From: Megasphaera elsdenii DSM 20460
GTDB lineage: Bacteria; Bacillota; Negativicutes; Veillonellales; Megasphaeraceae
Length of the DNA stretch: 32,000 nt
Assembly: GCF_003010495.1 (NCBI RefSeq)
Contig: NZ_CP027570.1
Coordinates: forward strand, 630,001 to 662,000
Direction: 5' to 3'
The notes beneath the pieces were generated by a model. That model did not search any database. It had not been told where the DNA came from and saw only the letters and a list, made by a program, of their open reading frames with translations. Made by a program: the position numbers and the translations under genes. Below, one piece after another: positions 7,610-16,474 of the stretch; the first letter of the stretch is position 1; every line of letters begins with the position of its first letter.

Positions 7610-9009
7610 TAGTATCCTTCTTTCTCTGACCATGCCCCATGCAATGCCGCAACGGCATCGCGGAGCTTGCAGCTGGGAATTTTTGAAAATGACAGGAGAA
7701 ATTCTTTATCCGTTTCCTGCGACGGTGTTTCGTAAAAAGACTTCATGGATAAGACACGACAGCCTTGCTGTTCCGCCCGGCGGCGCAATTCTTCTTCCGG
7801 AAGAGGGCTGTGCAGGCGGATATGGCAGTACACGCCGGAAACCAGGCGCCCTACGACGATGTCGCTGCCAAAGGCTTCGACCAGGAGTTTCCCTAACAGT
7901 TCCCCTTTTTCCTGATACTCCTTGCGCAATCGCCGGACCTGGCGGGAGAGTTCCCCGCTGTCGATATATTCAGCCAGTACGCATTGTTCCGGCACCGAAG
8001 CGCCCTGGCGGAACAGGCCGCGCCGCTGCTCATAGAGGGGCATGAGCGGTGGCGGCAGGACCATATAGCTGAGACGGATAAAAAAGGGCAGTACCTTGGA
8101 CAAGGCGCCCATGTAGACGACGCGGCCCTGACGGTCCAGTCCTTGCAGGGCCGGGACAGGCCGGCCATAGTAGCGCAATTCGCTGTCATAATCGTCTTCG
8201 ATGATCAGGCCGTCCGTCTTTTCCGCCCAGCGCAGCAGGCGGTGGCGGATACCGGCCGGCATGACAGTCCCCGTCGGGAACTGATGGGACGGGCTGACGT
8301 AGACCAGGCGGACGCCGCTGGCTTCCAGGGCATCGACGTGGAGCAGGCCGCCGCTGATGGGAATGGGCACGATGGAATAGCCGCTGTTGCGGAAAATCTC
8401 CCGTCCCAGGCGGAAGCCCGGGTCTTCGACGCCGATGCAGGTATATTTATCATGGAGCAGGTTGGTCAGGACTCCGAGGAGGGAAATCGTCCCGGCGCCG
8501 ATGATGATCTGCGACGGATCGGCATGGACGCCACGCGTTTCGTAGACGTAGCGGCTCAAAGCCCGGCGCAAATCGGGGACGCCCTGGTCATCGTTGGCCG
8601 CCAGCAGGCGGTCTGGTTCTGATAAAATCCGATTCATATATTTCCGCCAGATGTCGAGGGGGAAGCGTTCCAGGGCCATATCGCCGCTGGCAAAATCATA
8701 AGCATAGACGGGACGACGGCTGGCCTCGCACAAGACCGGCGCCGCTGCATCCGCTGGCCGCGGCTCCAAGCCTCCCAGGGAAGCCACTTCATAGCGAGCC
8801 TTATGACGGCGCAGGATATAACCTTCGCTGGCCAGCTGGTAGTAAGCCTTTTCGACGGTCATCTTGCTGATACCCGCTGCCTGAGCCAGTTCGCGGACCG
8901 AATCGAGGCGCATACCGGCTACCATCCGGCGTTCCTCGATTTCCCGGCGATAATACTCATAGATTTGTACATAATAAGGTTTGCTGATAGATTTATCGAG
9001 TTGCAGCAT
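7609..9009 (-). CDS. MocR/PdxR-type regulator (GntR HTH fused to a PLP aminotransferase-like domain)
   Basis: 466 aa. An N-terminal GntR winged helix (KPYYVQIYEYYRREI...LDSVRELAQAAGISKMTVEKAYYQLASEGYI) is followed by a class-I aminotransferase-like domain (YVSPSHQFPTG, GALSKVL). Confidence 0.85.
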   Translation of the reverse strand: MLQLDKSISKPYYVQIYEYYRREIEERRMVAGMRLDSVRELAQAAGISKMTVEKAYYQLASEGYILRRHKARYEVASLGGLEPRPADAAAPVLCEASRRPVYAYDFASGDMALERFPLDIWRKYMNRILSEPDRLLAANDDQGVPDLRRALSRYVYETRGVHADPSQIIIGAGTISLLGVLTNLLHDKYTCIGVEDPGFRLGREIFRNSGYSIVPIPISGGLLHVDALEASGVRLVYVSPSHQFPTGTVMPAGIRHRLLRWAEKTDGLIIEDDYDSELRYYGRPVPALQGLDRQGRVVYMGALSKVLPFFIRLSYMVLPPPLMPLYEQRRGLFRQGASVPEQCVLAEYIDSGELSRQVRRLRKEYQEKGELLGKLLVEAFGSDIVVGRLVSGVYCHIRLHSPLPEEELRRRAEQQGCRVLSMKSFYETPSQETDKEFLLSFSKIPSCKLRDAVAALHGAWSEKEGY

Positions 9010-9114
9010 CGTGACCTGGCGCCGTCTCCTTTCCTTGAACTACAGACATGGTGGAAATATCTCTGCAATATTATATTGTACCGAAAAAAGGGCGTCGTGG
9101 CTAGTGGCTAGTGG

Positions 9115-10383
9115 TTACTGCGCCATGGCCGCTGCGATGGCAGCGCCGACTAAGGGGCCGTCTTGGACCAGGACCGGTTCGACGGGAATCTGATTGTCCC
9201 GGCTCACGCCTTCATTCTGACAAGCCTGCATGGCGTCTTCCATCATGAACAGAGCACCGCGGACGTGTTCCAAAAGGCTGCCGTCGACGGCGACAGACTG
9301 GGCCGGGACGGGCCCCTCGCCATAGAGATGGCGCAGGATGCCGCAGCTGACGGCCCCGGCCAGCTGGGCAGCGCGGACGAAGATGGCCGCACCGATGTTA
9401 CGGATAGGCCGCACCTCATCGATGCGGACGATGCGGTCCCATACCCGGCCCATCGCCAGCTGACCCTGGTGGTCATCGTCATGGCTGATGAGTTCATTCA
9501 TGACGGCTGTCGAAAAGTGCGGCAAATCCTGAGCCTTGAAATAAGATAACAAGGTCTGCCGGAAAATTTCTGCCGCATAGGCCCCGCTGACCGTCTTTTC
9601 CAGCAAATGCTGTCCCGGCTGGGTCGATAAGGCATCAACGGCTTTATCCCAGCGATTGCGCACGAGGCCGCCATAATCACCGGCTTCCAGATTGACGACC
9701 ATATCCCAGGCCGGTTCATAATAGCAGGCGTTGAAGCCCGTACCGCAGACGACTCCCATACGGACGCGTTCCATCGTATACGCCGCCGACAGCAAGAGGG
9801 CCGTCGTATCATTGACCAGGGCTGACGGCTCGATATTTGTCAACCCCTGCCGTGCCAAGGCTTGTTCCAACAGCTGATTGATGAGCTGCCCTTCGACTCC
9901 GGGAACGGCGATTTCTTTAGACCACGACAGGAGCCGGGCATCTTTCAGGCATTCCTGCTGCATGGCAAAGGAAAAAGTATGGCCCAGCTTATAAATCGTA
10001 TCCTTGCCGGCGACCTGGCCGACGAGGCGGGCCAGGAAATCGAAGAGCCCTTCAGCCGTCGCCGCGGGAGACAGGTAGTCGTATTGCCCGGGCAGCCGCA
10101 GCGGCTGGCACACCTTCTTCTCGATGATATAGCAATGGCGGCCTAATAATCGGACCCGTGAAGCCCGCACGTTCGTACCGCCAAAATCCAGGGCCAGATA
10201 GACGCCGCTTTCGTCACCGCCAGGCAGGGACACGTAGGATTTTTCCGCCGATACCGTCGCCTCGTCCTGTCCCTCCAGGGCCCGCTCTATATCGGCAGCA
10301 AAATCACGGGAAATCTGCTGCAGCCGTTCGTCGGTCAAATAAAAATAGCGGGCAATATTCATCCAGTCCATCCGTTCTTTCAT
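9115..10383 (-). CDS. hexokinase-family sugar kinase
   Basis: LALDFGGTNVRASRV (phosphate-1 motif), GHTFSF and the overall ~420-aa layout resemble the hexokinase_1/2 domains. I set the start at MKERMDW (ATG 10383) behind AGAGGTGA. Confidence 0.7.
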   Translation of the reverse strand: MKERMDWMNIARYFYLTDERLQQISRDFAADIERALEGQDEATVSAEKSYVSLPGGDESGVYLALDFGGTNVRASRVRLLGRHCYIIEKKVCQPLRLPGQYDYLSPAATAEGLFDFLARLVGQVAGKDTIYKLGHTFSFAMQQECLKDARLLSWSKEIAVPGVEGQLINQLLEQALARQGLTNIEPSALVNDTTALLLSAAYTMERVRMGVVCGTGFNACYYEPAWDMVVNLEAGDYGGLVRNRWDKAVDALSTQPGQHLLEKTVSGAYAAEIFRQTLLSYFKAQDLPHFSTAVMNELISHDDDHQGQLAMGRVWDRIVRIDEVRPIRNIGAAIFVRAAQLAGAVSCGILRHLYGEGPVPAQSVAVDGSLLEHVRGALFMMEDAMQACQNEGVSRDNQIPVEPVLVQDGPLVGAAIAAAMAQ

Positions 10384-10480
10384 GGCAGTGATCACCTCTT
10401 GTAAAATCGTAAATCTATTATACTATAATCTGCCAGCCTTTGTCGTCGTTCCTCCATGATTTCTATGATATACGTCGATT

Positions 10481-10516
10481 GTCAACGGTTGACTTTTTGT
10501 GACAATAGGCTATAAT
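10481..10516 (+). promoter_or_regulatory. candidate sigma-70 promoter of the thiS operon, with a palindrome over the -35
   Basis: TTGACT (10489..10494), a 16-nt spacer, then TATAAT (10511..10516). The palindrome GTCAAC-G-GTTGAC (10481..10493) overlaps the -35. Confidence 0.5.
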
Positions 10517-10522
10517 CATAGG

Positions 10523-10600
10523 CAGAGTGAGACCGAATCATAAGGGTCGCACGAAGGGGTACACCACCTTGGGTGTAATTCTTCGTGCGACCCTTTTTTT
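10523..10600 (+). ncRNA. terminator-embedded leader upstream of thiS; candidate thiS-motif (HMP-PP) riboswitch
   Basis: GGGTCGCACGAAG (10544..10556) pairs with CTTCGTGCGACCC (10581..10593). An inner stem (TACACC/GGTGTA) and internal loops lie between the arms. Seven Ts follow (10594..10600), then the RBS and thiS. I could not find THI-box elements (CUGAGA, ACCUGAU). Confidence 0.5.
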
Positions 10601-10626
10601 CATTTAGAGAGAAAGGAGGGCCATCC

Positions 10627-10821
10627 ATGGTACGGATCAACGGCAAAGACATCGCAGCAGCCGGCCAGAACCTGCTCGCTTACCTGACCGATCAAGAATA
10701 TCGTACAGACCGCATTGCCATCGAACTGAACGGCACCATCATACCGCGCAGGGATTATGACAAAGTGACCTTGAAAGACGGCGATTCTATGGAAATCGTC
10801 CACTTCGTCGGCGGGGGCTGA
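10627..10821 (+). CDS. thiS: sulfur carrier protein ThiS
   Basis: 64 aa ending in GG (MVRINGKDI...MEIVHFVGGG). The RBS GAAAGGAGGG lies upstream, and thiG follows. Confidence 0.9.
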   Translation: MVRINGKDIAAAGQNLLAYLTDQEYRTDRIAIELNGTIIPRRDYDKVTLKDGDSMEIVHFVGGG

Positions 10822-10882
10822 TTCCTGCTGACCAAGCGAAACAGACAGACCTATCAATCATCATAAAAGGAGTGTTTTCCCA

Positions 10883-11653
10883 ATGGAAAAAAAAGATACC
10901 CTGGTCCTCGGCGGCCACGAATTTACATCGCGCTTCATCTTAGGTTCCGGTAAGTTTTCTGTCGACCTCATCAAGGCCGCTGTCGAACAAGGCGGTGCCC
11001 AGATCGTAACCATGGCCCTGCGCCGCGTCGAAGCCGGTCAGAAAGATAACATCCTCGATTATATCCCGAAAAACGTCACCCTGCTCCCGAACACGTCGAG
11101 CGCCCGCACGGCAGACGAAGCCGTCCGCATCGCCCACTTGTCCCGTGAAATCGGCTGTGGCGACTTCATCAAGATCGAAGTCATGCGCGACTCCAAATAT
11201 CTCCTGCCGGACAACAACGAAACCATCAAAGCCACGGAAATCCTGGCCAAAGAAGGCTTCGTCGTCCTGCCCTATATGTATCCGGACCTCTATGCAGCCC
11301 GTGCCCTGGCTGACGCCGGCGCCGCTGCCATCATGCCCTTAGCTTCGCCGATCGGCACCAACAAAGGCTTGTCGACAAAAGATTTCATCCAGATCCTCAT
11401 CGACGAAGTCGACCTGCCGGTCATCGTCGACGCCGGTATCGGCCGTCCGTCCCAGGCTTGCGAAGCCATGGAAATGGGTGCCGCTGCCATCATGGCCAAT
11501 ACGGCTATCGCTACGGCCGGGGACCTGCCGCTCATGGCCAAAGCCTTTGGTGAAGCCATCCGCGCCGGCCGCAATGCCTACCTCGCCGGCCTGGGCCGCG
11601 TCCGTGAAACGGCTTCGGCATCGGATCCGCTGACAGGCTTCTTAGGCGATTAA
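10883..11653 (+). CDS. thiG: thiazole synthase
   Basis: 256 aa with a typical ThiG sequence ([54 protein letters not shown]). Confidence 0.93.
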   Translation: MEKKDTLVLGGHEFTSRFILGSGKFSVDLIKAAVEQGGAQIVTMALRRVEAGQKDNILDYIPKNVTLLPNTSSARTADEAVRIAHLSREIGCGDFIKIEVMRDSKYLLPDNNETIKATEILAKEGFVVLPYMYPDLYAARALADAGAAAIMPLASPIGTNKGLSTKDFIQILIDEVDLPVIVDAGIGRPSQACEAMEMGAAAIMANTAIATAGDLPLMAKAFGEAIRAGRNAYLAGLGRVRETASASDPLTGFLGD

Positions 11654-11665
11654 GGAGGAATGAAC

Positions 11666-12853
11666 ATGACGGAAGAAACCAAAACCATCGACCAAAGCAA
11701 ACTCATCGATCATATGAAATATCTGCCGGGCATGGAAGTCATCGATTCGGACATGCTCGACCAGGTCGTCGCTATCCACGATTCCTTCAACAACGACGAT
11801 TTCACCGAAAAAGATGTCCGCCTGGCCTTGTCCAAAGAACATCTGGACCCGCGGGACTTCATGGCCCTCTTATCGACAGCTGCCGCTCCTTTCCTGGAAG
11901 AAATGGCTCAGAAAGCCCATTTAGTCACACGGCGCCACTTCGGCAACAACATCACCATCCTGACGCCGATCTACTTCGCCAACTACTGCGATAACTACTG
12001 CATCTACTGCGGCTTCAATTCGCACAACAAGATCAAGCGCGCCCGCCTGACCGACGAAGAACTCCACCGCGAATGTAAGAACATCGCCGACACGGGCATC
12101 GAAGAAGTCATCATGCTCACCGGTGAAAGCCCGAAGATGAGCGATATCAAATATATCGGCAACGCCGTCAAGATTGCCCGCCAGTACTTCCGGGTCATCA
12201 ACATGGAAATCTATCCGGTCAATTCGGAAGACTATAAATATCTCCACGAATGTGGCGCCGACTATGTCACGGTCTTCCAGGAAACATACAATTCCGACAA
12301 GTATGCTACCCTCCATCTGGCCGGCCACAAGCGCATCTTCCCATACCGTTTCTATTCCCAGGAACGGGCTATCCTCGGCGGCATGCGCGGCGTCGGCTTC
12401 GCAGCCCTCTTAGGCCTGGACGATTATCAGAAAGACGCTTTGGCTACGGGCATGCACGCATGGCTCATGCAGCGCAAATACCCGCACGCCGAAATTTCCC
12501 TGTCCTGTCCGCGCCTGTGCCCGATCATCAACAACGATAAGATCAACCCGAAGGACGTAGACGAACGGAAATTGACGCAGATTATCTGTGCCTACCGCTT
12601 GTTCATGCCCTATGCCAGCATCGTCGTATCGAGCCGCGAAAGCGCCCGCTATCGTAACGCCATCATGAAGATTGCCGCTACGAAAGTCTCGGCCAGTGTC
12701 TGCGTCGGCATCGGCGGCCACTTGGAAAACGATGGCTCCGAAATGGGCGACGAACAGTTCGAAATCACAGACGGCCGTTCCTTCGACCAGATGTATTCTG
12801 ACATCAAGAGCATGGGCCTGCAGCCGCTTACGAGTGAGTACATCTATTTGTAA
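11666..12853 (+). CDS. thiH: 2-iminoacetate synthase (radical SAM, tyrosine lyase)
   Basis: Has the CDNYCIYCGF radical-SAM cluster motif, the expected length, and the position after thiG. The second ATG (11666) has better spacing from AAGGAGG than 11660. Confidence 0.88.
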   Translation: MTEETKTIDQSKLIDHMKYLPGMEVIDSDMLDQVVAIHDSFNNDDFTEKDVRLALSKEHLDPRDFMALLSTAAAPFLEEMAQKAHLVTRRHFGNNITILTPIYFANYCDNYCIYCGFNSHNKIKRARLTDEELHRECKNIADTGIEEVIMLTGESPKMSDIKYIGNAVKIARQYFRVINMEIYPVNSEDYKYLHECGADYVTVFQETYNSDKYATLHLAGHKRIFPYRFYSQERAILGGMRGVGFAALLGLDDYQKDALATGMHAWLMQRKYPHAEISLSCPRLCPIINNDKINPKDVDERKLTQIICAYRLFMPYASIVVSSRESARYRNAIMKIAATKVSASVCVGIGGHLENDGSEMGDEQFEITDGRSFDQMYSDIKSMGLQPLTSEYIYL

Positions 12854-12900
12854 CCACTAACTTTGCTATCCATCACTATAATCCTATACATGTAGTACCG

Positions 12901-12946
12901 ACAAAAACGGTCCGGGACCCAATCCACCCCGAACCGTTTTTGTTAT
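12901..12946 (+). terminator. hairpin terminator after thiH
   Basis: ACAAAAACGGTCCGGG (12901..12916) pairs with CCCGAACCGTTTTTGT (12929..12944) with one mismatch. The A-run and T-run are part of the stem, so it could act in both directions. Confidence 0.55.
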
Positions 12947-13011
12947 AAATCCTCATGTTTTACAGCGTTTTAGTCATACAGAGCATCTATTATATTCTAT
13001 TAGTATAATTG

Positions 13012-13040
13012 TTGACGTTAGTATGAGATTCATGTATAGT
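13012..13040 (+). promoter_or_regulatory. candidate sigma-70 promoter
   Basis: TTGACG (13012..13017), a 17-nt spacer, then TATAGT (13035..13040), about 40 nt before the GTG start at 13080. Confidence 0.45.
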
Positions 13041-13079
13041 TATAGGTATAAAATACTCTAAATATTCAGGTGATAAATC

Positions 13080-13670
13080 GTGTTAAAAGTAGCTGCAATT
13101 ACAAATCACGAATTAGCCTCGACGAACTACTGGGATCAGCTCGAACAAATCGCCGCTTCCGACGTAGATTTCATCGTCCTTCGTGAAAAGAACCTTACCG
13201 AAGAAGAGTACACAGATTATGCCAAACGGGCGCTGCGCCTCTGCAGCATCCACCAGAAAACATGTGTCCTCCAACATTTCGGCAAGGCTGCCATCCGTCT
13301 CCACATTCCCCGTTTCCAGTGCTCTCTGCCTTATCTGGAAACCCATTCGTCCCTGCTCTACTACATGACGACCCTGGGCGTATCCGTCCACACCGTTGAA
13401 GAAGCCATCAAGGCCGAACAGCTCGGTGCTACATACCTCATGGCCAGCCATGTCTTCCCGACAGCCTGCAAGCCGTCGGACCCGCCCATCGGCGTCGATA
13501 CGGTCGAAGCCATCTGCAAGGCCGTCAAGATTCCCGTCTACGCCTTAGGCGGCGTCACGCCTAAGACCATCTCCCAGCTCCAGGACGTCCCCATCAAGGG
13601 CGTAGCCCTCATGTCAGGACTCATGACCTGCCCGGACGTACCGGAATACCTGAAGGAATTACGTGCCTAA
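13080..13670 (+). CDS. thiamine-phosphate synthase family protein (ThiE/TenI; subtype not resolved)
   Basis: 196 aa with a TIM-barrel ThiE/TenI-like pattern (DFIVLREK, GVSVH, YLMASHVFPT, PVYALGGV). It appears to start at GTG. I cannot separate ThiE from the TenI tautomerase by eye. Confidence 0.7.
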   Translation: MLKVAAITNHELASTNYWDQLEQIAASDVDFIVLREKNLTEEEYTDYAKRALRLCSIHQKTCVLQHFGKAAIRLHIPRFQCSLPYLETHSSLLYYMTTLGVSVHTVEEAIKAEQLGATYLMASHVFPTACKPSDPPIGVDTVEAICKAVKIPVYALGGVTPKTISQLQDVPIKGVALMSGLMTCPDVPEYLKELRA

Positions 13671-13688
13671 GCAGGAGGGATGACCGCA

Positions 13689-14210
13689 ATGACCCAGGCT
13701 TATATCATCATCGATATGCAGAATGATTTCATCGATGGCGCCCTCGGCAACGCCCAGGCACAGGCCATCGTCCCGAAGGTAGAAGCGAAGATCGTCGCCA
13801 GCAAGAAAGATGAAGACCAGGAAACGGACCTCATCTTCACGCAAGATACACACGGCGAAGATTACAGCGAAACCCAGGAAGGCCGAAAACTCCCGATTCC
13901 GCACTGTATCAAAGACACGCGGGGCTGGCGCATCTGCAAACAGCTCCTGCCCTACACCATGTGGGCAACGATACTGGAAAAGCCATCCTTCGGCTGCCCG
14001 ACCCTGGTCGACGAAGTCCGTGACTACGACCGGCTGGTCCTCATGGGCTTGTGCACCGACATTTGCGTCATCGCCAATGCCATGATGCTAAAATCCTTTT
14101 ATCCGGAAAAAGAAATCATCGTCGACAGCACCTGTTGTGCCGGCTCGACACCAGAAAACCACGAAAAAGCATTACAGGCCATGAAAGCCTGCCAAATCGA
14201 TATCCTATGA
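13689..14210 (+). CDS. isochorismatase-family cysteine hydrolase (nicotinamidase/pyrazinamidase-like)
   Basis: Begins YIIIDMQNDFIDGAL and has a catalytic-Cys context (LMGLCTDICV). The ATG at 13689 is better spaced from GGAGGG than 13680. Confidence 0.8.
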   Translation: MTQAYIIIDMQNDFIDGALGNAQAQAIVPKVEAKIVASKKDEDQETDLIFTQDTHGEDYSETQEGRKLPIPHCIKDTRGWRICKQLLPYTMWATILEKPSFGCPTLVDEVRDYDRLVLMGLCTDICVIANAMMLKSFYPEKEIIVDSTCCAGSTPENHEKALQAMKACQIDIL

Positions 14211-14248
14211 AAAAAAGGGCTTGTCGCATGTGCGACAAGCCCTTTTTT
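14210..14248. terminator. bidirectional rho-independent terminator between convergent genes
   Basis: A7, then GGGCTTGTCGCA (14217..14228), TG, TGCGACAAGCCC (14231..14242), then T6. This is a perfect 12-bp stem. Confidence 0.85.
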
Positions 14249-14249
14249 A

Positions 14250-14666
14250 CTACCCACTGATAATCCCTGTGATTTCGGCTTTGGTCTGGTTATTGTTGAT
14301 TTTCTTTTCGTAGCCTTTCAAAATCAGGCATCCCAGGATGCCGCCGACGATCATGCCGGCGAAGGCCGTCATTTCCGGTGCTACCTGCCACGAACCACCC
14401 AGCAGGTAGCCGAGGATGCCGCAGACGATGACCAGCAGCAGCGGCACGCCGAAGCAGATGATACCTTTGACGCCCATGCCGGCATCGGGGATGTTGAACT
14501 GTACGTATTGCCCTTTTTGGGCCCCGATGGGGTTCACAGCGTCGATGACGACATTGTCGGCACACATGCTGTCGCTGCAGGGCGAATATAGATTATTGCG
14601 GTTGGTCTGTATCTTGACCAGCCCGTTCGGGCATACTTCTTCGACGACGCCCGTTCCTGTTCTCAT
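14250..14666 (-). CDS. RseC/MucC-family (SoxR-reducing system) membrane protein
   Basis: 138 aa. An N-terminal beta-rich domain with Cys residues (EVCPNGLVKIQ...CSDSMC) is followed by two hydrophobic helices, the layout of PF04246-type proteins. Confidence 0.7.
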   Translation of the reverse strand: MRTGTGVVEEVCPNGLVKIQTNRNNLYSPCSDSMCADNVVIDAVNPIGAQKGQYVQFNIPDAGMGVKGIICFGVPLLLVIVCGILGYLLGGSWQVAPEMTAFAGMIVGGILGCLILKGYEKKINNNQTKAEITGIISG

Positions 14667-14692
14667 AATAAAGTACCTCTCTTTTTTCAGGA

Positions 14693-15337
14693 CTAAAAGC
14701 CCAGATTTTCCCCAACCAAGATGACCTTGATACGGCCCTGGGGCTTACAGATCCGCGTCCGGACGACTTGGGCACAGACGCTGTCCGGTCGGATGCAGTG
14801 GCCACACATGCCGGTTTTGGCACAAGGCGTGCCGACGCCGGGGAAGCGTCCGATATTCTGCGGCGAAGCGACGGTATGCGCCCGTTCGATGCCCGCTTCG
14901 ACGGTCGGGACGACTTTATTCATACCGACGATGGCGATGACCTGTTTCGGCCCATAGCAAAGGGCGGCGACGCGGTTGCCGTTGCCATCGATATTGATGA
15001 GCTGCCCGTCCTGGACAGCGGCGTTGGTCCCCATGAGGAACGTATCGCAGAGCAGGGCCTTGCGCATCAGTTCGACCCGTTCTTCCGGCGTCTTGGCCGA
15101 ATCGCGGTCGATGACCGGATTGTGTTCCAATACGTAGGGCCGCAAGCCGATTTCATTGATGGATACGGAACCGCCCCAGGACACGACATCCGTTTCGGGA
15201 ATATACGAAATGGCCTGTTTCAAGGCTTCTTCCTTGGTCGGACAGTACACGGCTTCAAAGCCGCGGGCTGCGAATTTCTTGGCCACTAAGGGCCCCTTGA
15301 TGTCATACATGCGGTGCATCATATCTGTTCTATCCAT
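14693..15337 (-). CDS. LUD-domain (YkgG/LutC-like) protein
   Basis: 214 aa. The stretch LMGTNAAVQDGQLINIDGNGNRVAAL...IAIVGMNKVVP is typical of lactate-utilisation LUD/DUF162 domains. The RBS is AAAGGAGGAG. Confidence 0.8.
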   Translation of the reverse strand: MDRTDMMHRMYDIKGPLVAKKFAARGFEAVYCPTKEEALKQAISYIPETDVVSWGGSVSINEIGLRPYVLEHNPVIDRDSAKTPEERVELMRKALLCDTFLMGTNAAVQDGQLINIDGNGNRVAALCYGPKQVIAIVGMNKVVPTVEAGIERAHTVASPQNIGRFPGVGTPCAKTGMCGHCIRPDSVCAQVVRTRICKPQGRIKVILVGENLGF

Positions 15338-15350
15338 AATAACTCCTCCT

Positions 15351-15749
15351 TTACTTTGCCAGCATCATTTCTGCCTTCGCTTCGGCAGCCGGCGTACCAT
15401 CGGCATGGGTGATTTTCCCTTTCATGATGAACAGGCGGCCGCGATGGACTTCCGGCCAGCCTTCGACTTTGACCGTTTCCCCGATGCGGATAGCACTGCG
15501 GAAACGGATTTCCAGCCGCGCCGTATATGCCGGTTTCCCAGCCTTGCGGAACACGTAGTCCCCCATGACTTCATCTAACAGGGTACTCGTCAGGCCGCCA
15601 TGCATGCGGTCTCCGTAACTTTCATGTTCGACTTTCGGCGTAAAATAAGCGACGCAGCGATTGCCGTCCAGCTTCATGTCCAGCTTCAGGCCAATCGGGT
15701 TATCGCGGCCGCAGCCAAAACAATGATTGGTTTCATACGCAGTTTCCAT
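15351..15749 (-). CDS. PaaI-family (hotdog fold) thioesterase
   Basis: 132 aa. It has NHCFGCGRDNPIGL and HGGLTSTLLDEVMG motifs. The RBS is GGAGGGTGA. Confidence 0.8.
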   Translation of the reverse strand: METAYETNHCFGCGRDNPIGLKLDMKLDGNRCVAYFTPKVEHESYGDRMHGGLTSTLLDEVMGDYVFRKAGKPAYTARLEIRFRSAIRIGETVKVEGWPEVHRGRLFIMKGKITHADGTPAAEAKAEMMLAK

Positions 15750-15841
15750 AACATCACCCTCCGTATATTCTTCGTTCTATCCTTATTATACTATACTTGG
15801 CAAGCCCTCCTATGTATTTGAAATTAATTATCATATTATCA

Positions 15842-15870
15842 TTGACAATCAATATCAAATAAGCTATACT
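15842..15870 (+). promoter_or_regulatory. candidate sigma-70 promoter for DUF3793-flavodoxin
   Basis: TTGACA (15842..15847), a 17-nt spacer, then TATACT (15865..15870). Confidence 0.5.
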
Positions 15871-15898
15871 TACAGTATCAAAGCGAAAGGAGCGGCAA

Positions 15899-16462
15899 TT
15901 GGATATGAACCTGGATTACGTCTTAATAACCCATTGTTCGCCTACTCTTGCAGGGCTTAAACAGGCATCCCTTCTCTGTCTGCCCCGCTTAGGCAACGGC
16001 TGCACTTATGATAAAATAATTGAAAAATATAATCATAAATACAACCCTAAAGGCTTGTATTTCCGCATCTTATATGCCTGTCCCCAACGCACCCTGCTGT
16101 ATGTATACCGGCCGGCCAGGGTTCGGACTTATGTACAGCAACGGGACATTTCTTCATTTTTGCAGCAATTCGGTTATCAAGACTGCCAGGACATATCGGC
16201 CCTGCTGGACCGTCTTGCCGCACGCTTTGCAGAAGGCGGCTGTTTCCCTCATGAATCGGGCATTTTCCTCGGCTATCCCCTGGAGGACGTGTGCGGGTTC
16301 ATCGCCAACAAGGGAAACCACGCCAAGCTCTGTGGCGAATGGAAAGTATACGGCGACGCTCATGCTGCCGCCCGCACTTTCCATCGCTATACGTGCTGCC
16401 GGCAAGACTATTTGGACCGCTTTGCCGTTGGGACAACATTAGACTCGCTCATCGTAGCATAA
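15899..16462 (+). CDS. DUF3793-family protein
   Basis: 187 aa. THCSPTLAGLKQASL and PHESGIFLGYPLEDVCGF resemble DUF3793 proteins, which I recall often sit next to flavodoxin genes. The start is ambiguous (TTG 15899 or ATG 15905). Confidence 0.65.
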   Translation: MDMNLDYVLITHCSPTLAGLKQASLLCLPRLGNGCTYDKIIEKYNHKYNPKGLYFRILYACPQRTLLYVYRPARVRTYVQQRDISSFLQQFGYQDCQDISALLDRLAARFAEGGCFPHESGIFLGYPLEDVCGFIANKGNHAKLCGEWKVYGDAHAAARTFHRYTCCRQDYLDRFAVGTTLDSLIVA

Positions 16463-16474
16463 GGAGGATTTATC

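Noticed and set aside
10396-10626. Expected TPP (THI-box) riboswitch upstream of thiS.
   Set aside because: I looked for CUGAGA, ACCUGAUC and GG-UAAU-CC-GCG-AGGGA-type elements on the plus strand and found none. The leader after the promoter is only about 100 nt and is taken up by a single terminator hairpin. I therefore reinterpreted it as a possible thiS-motif element.
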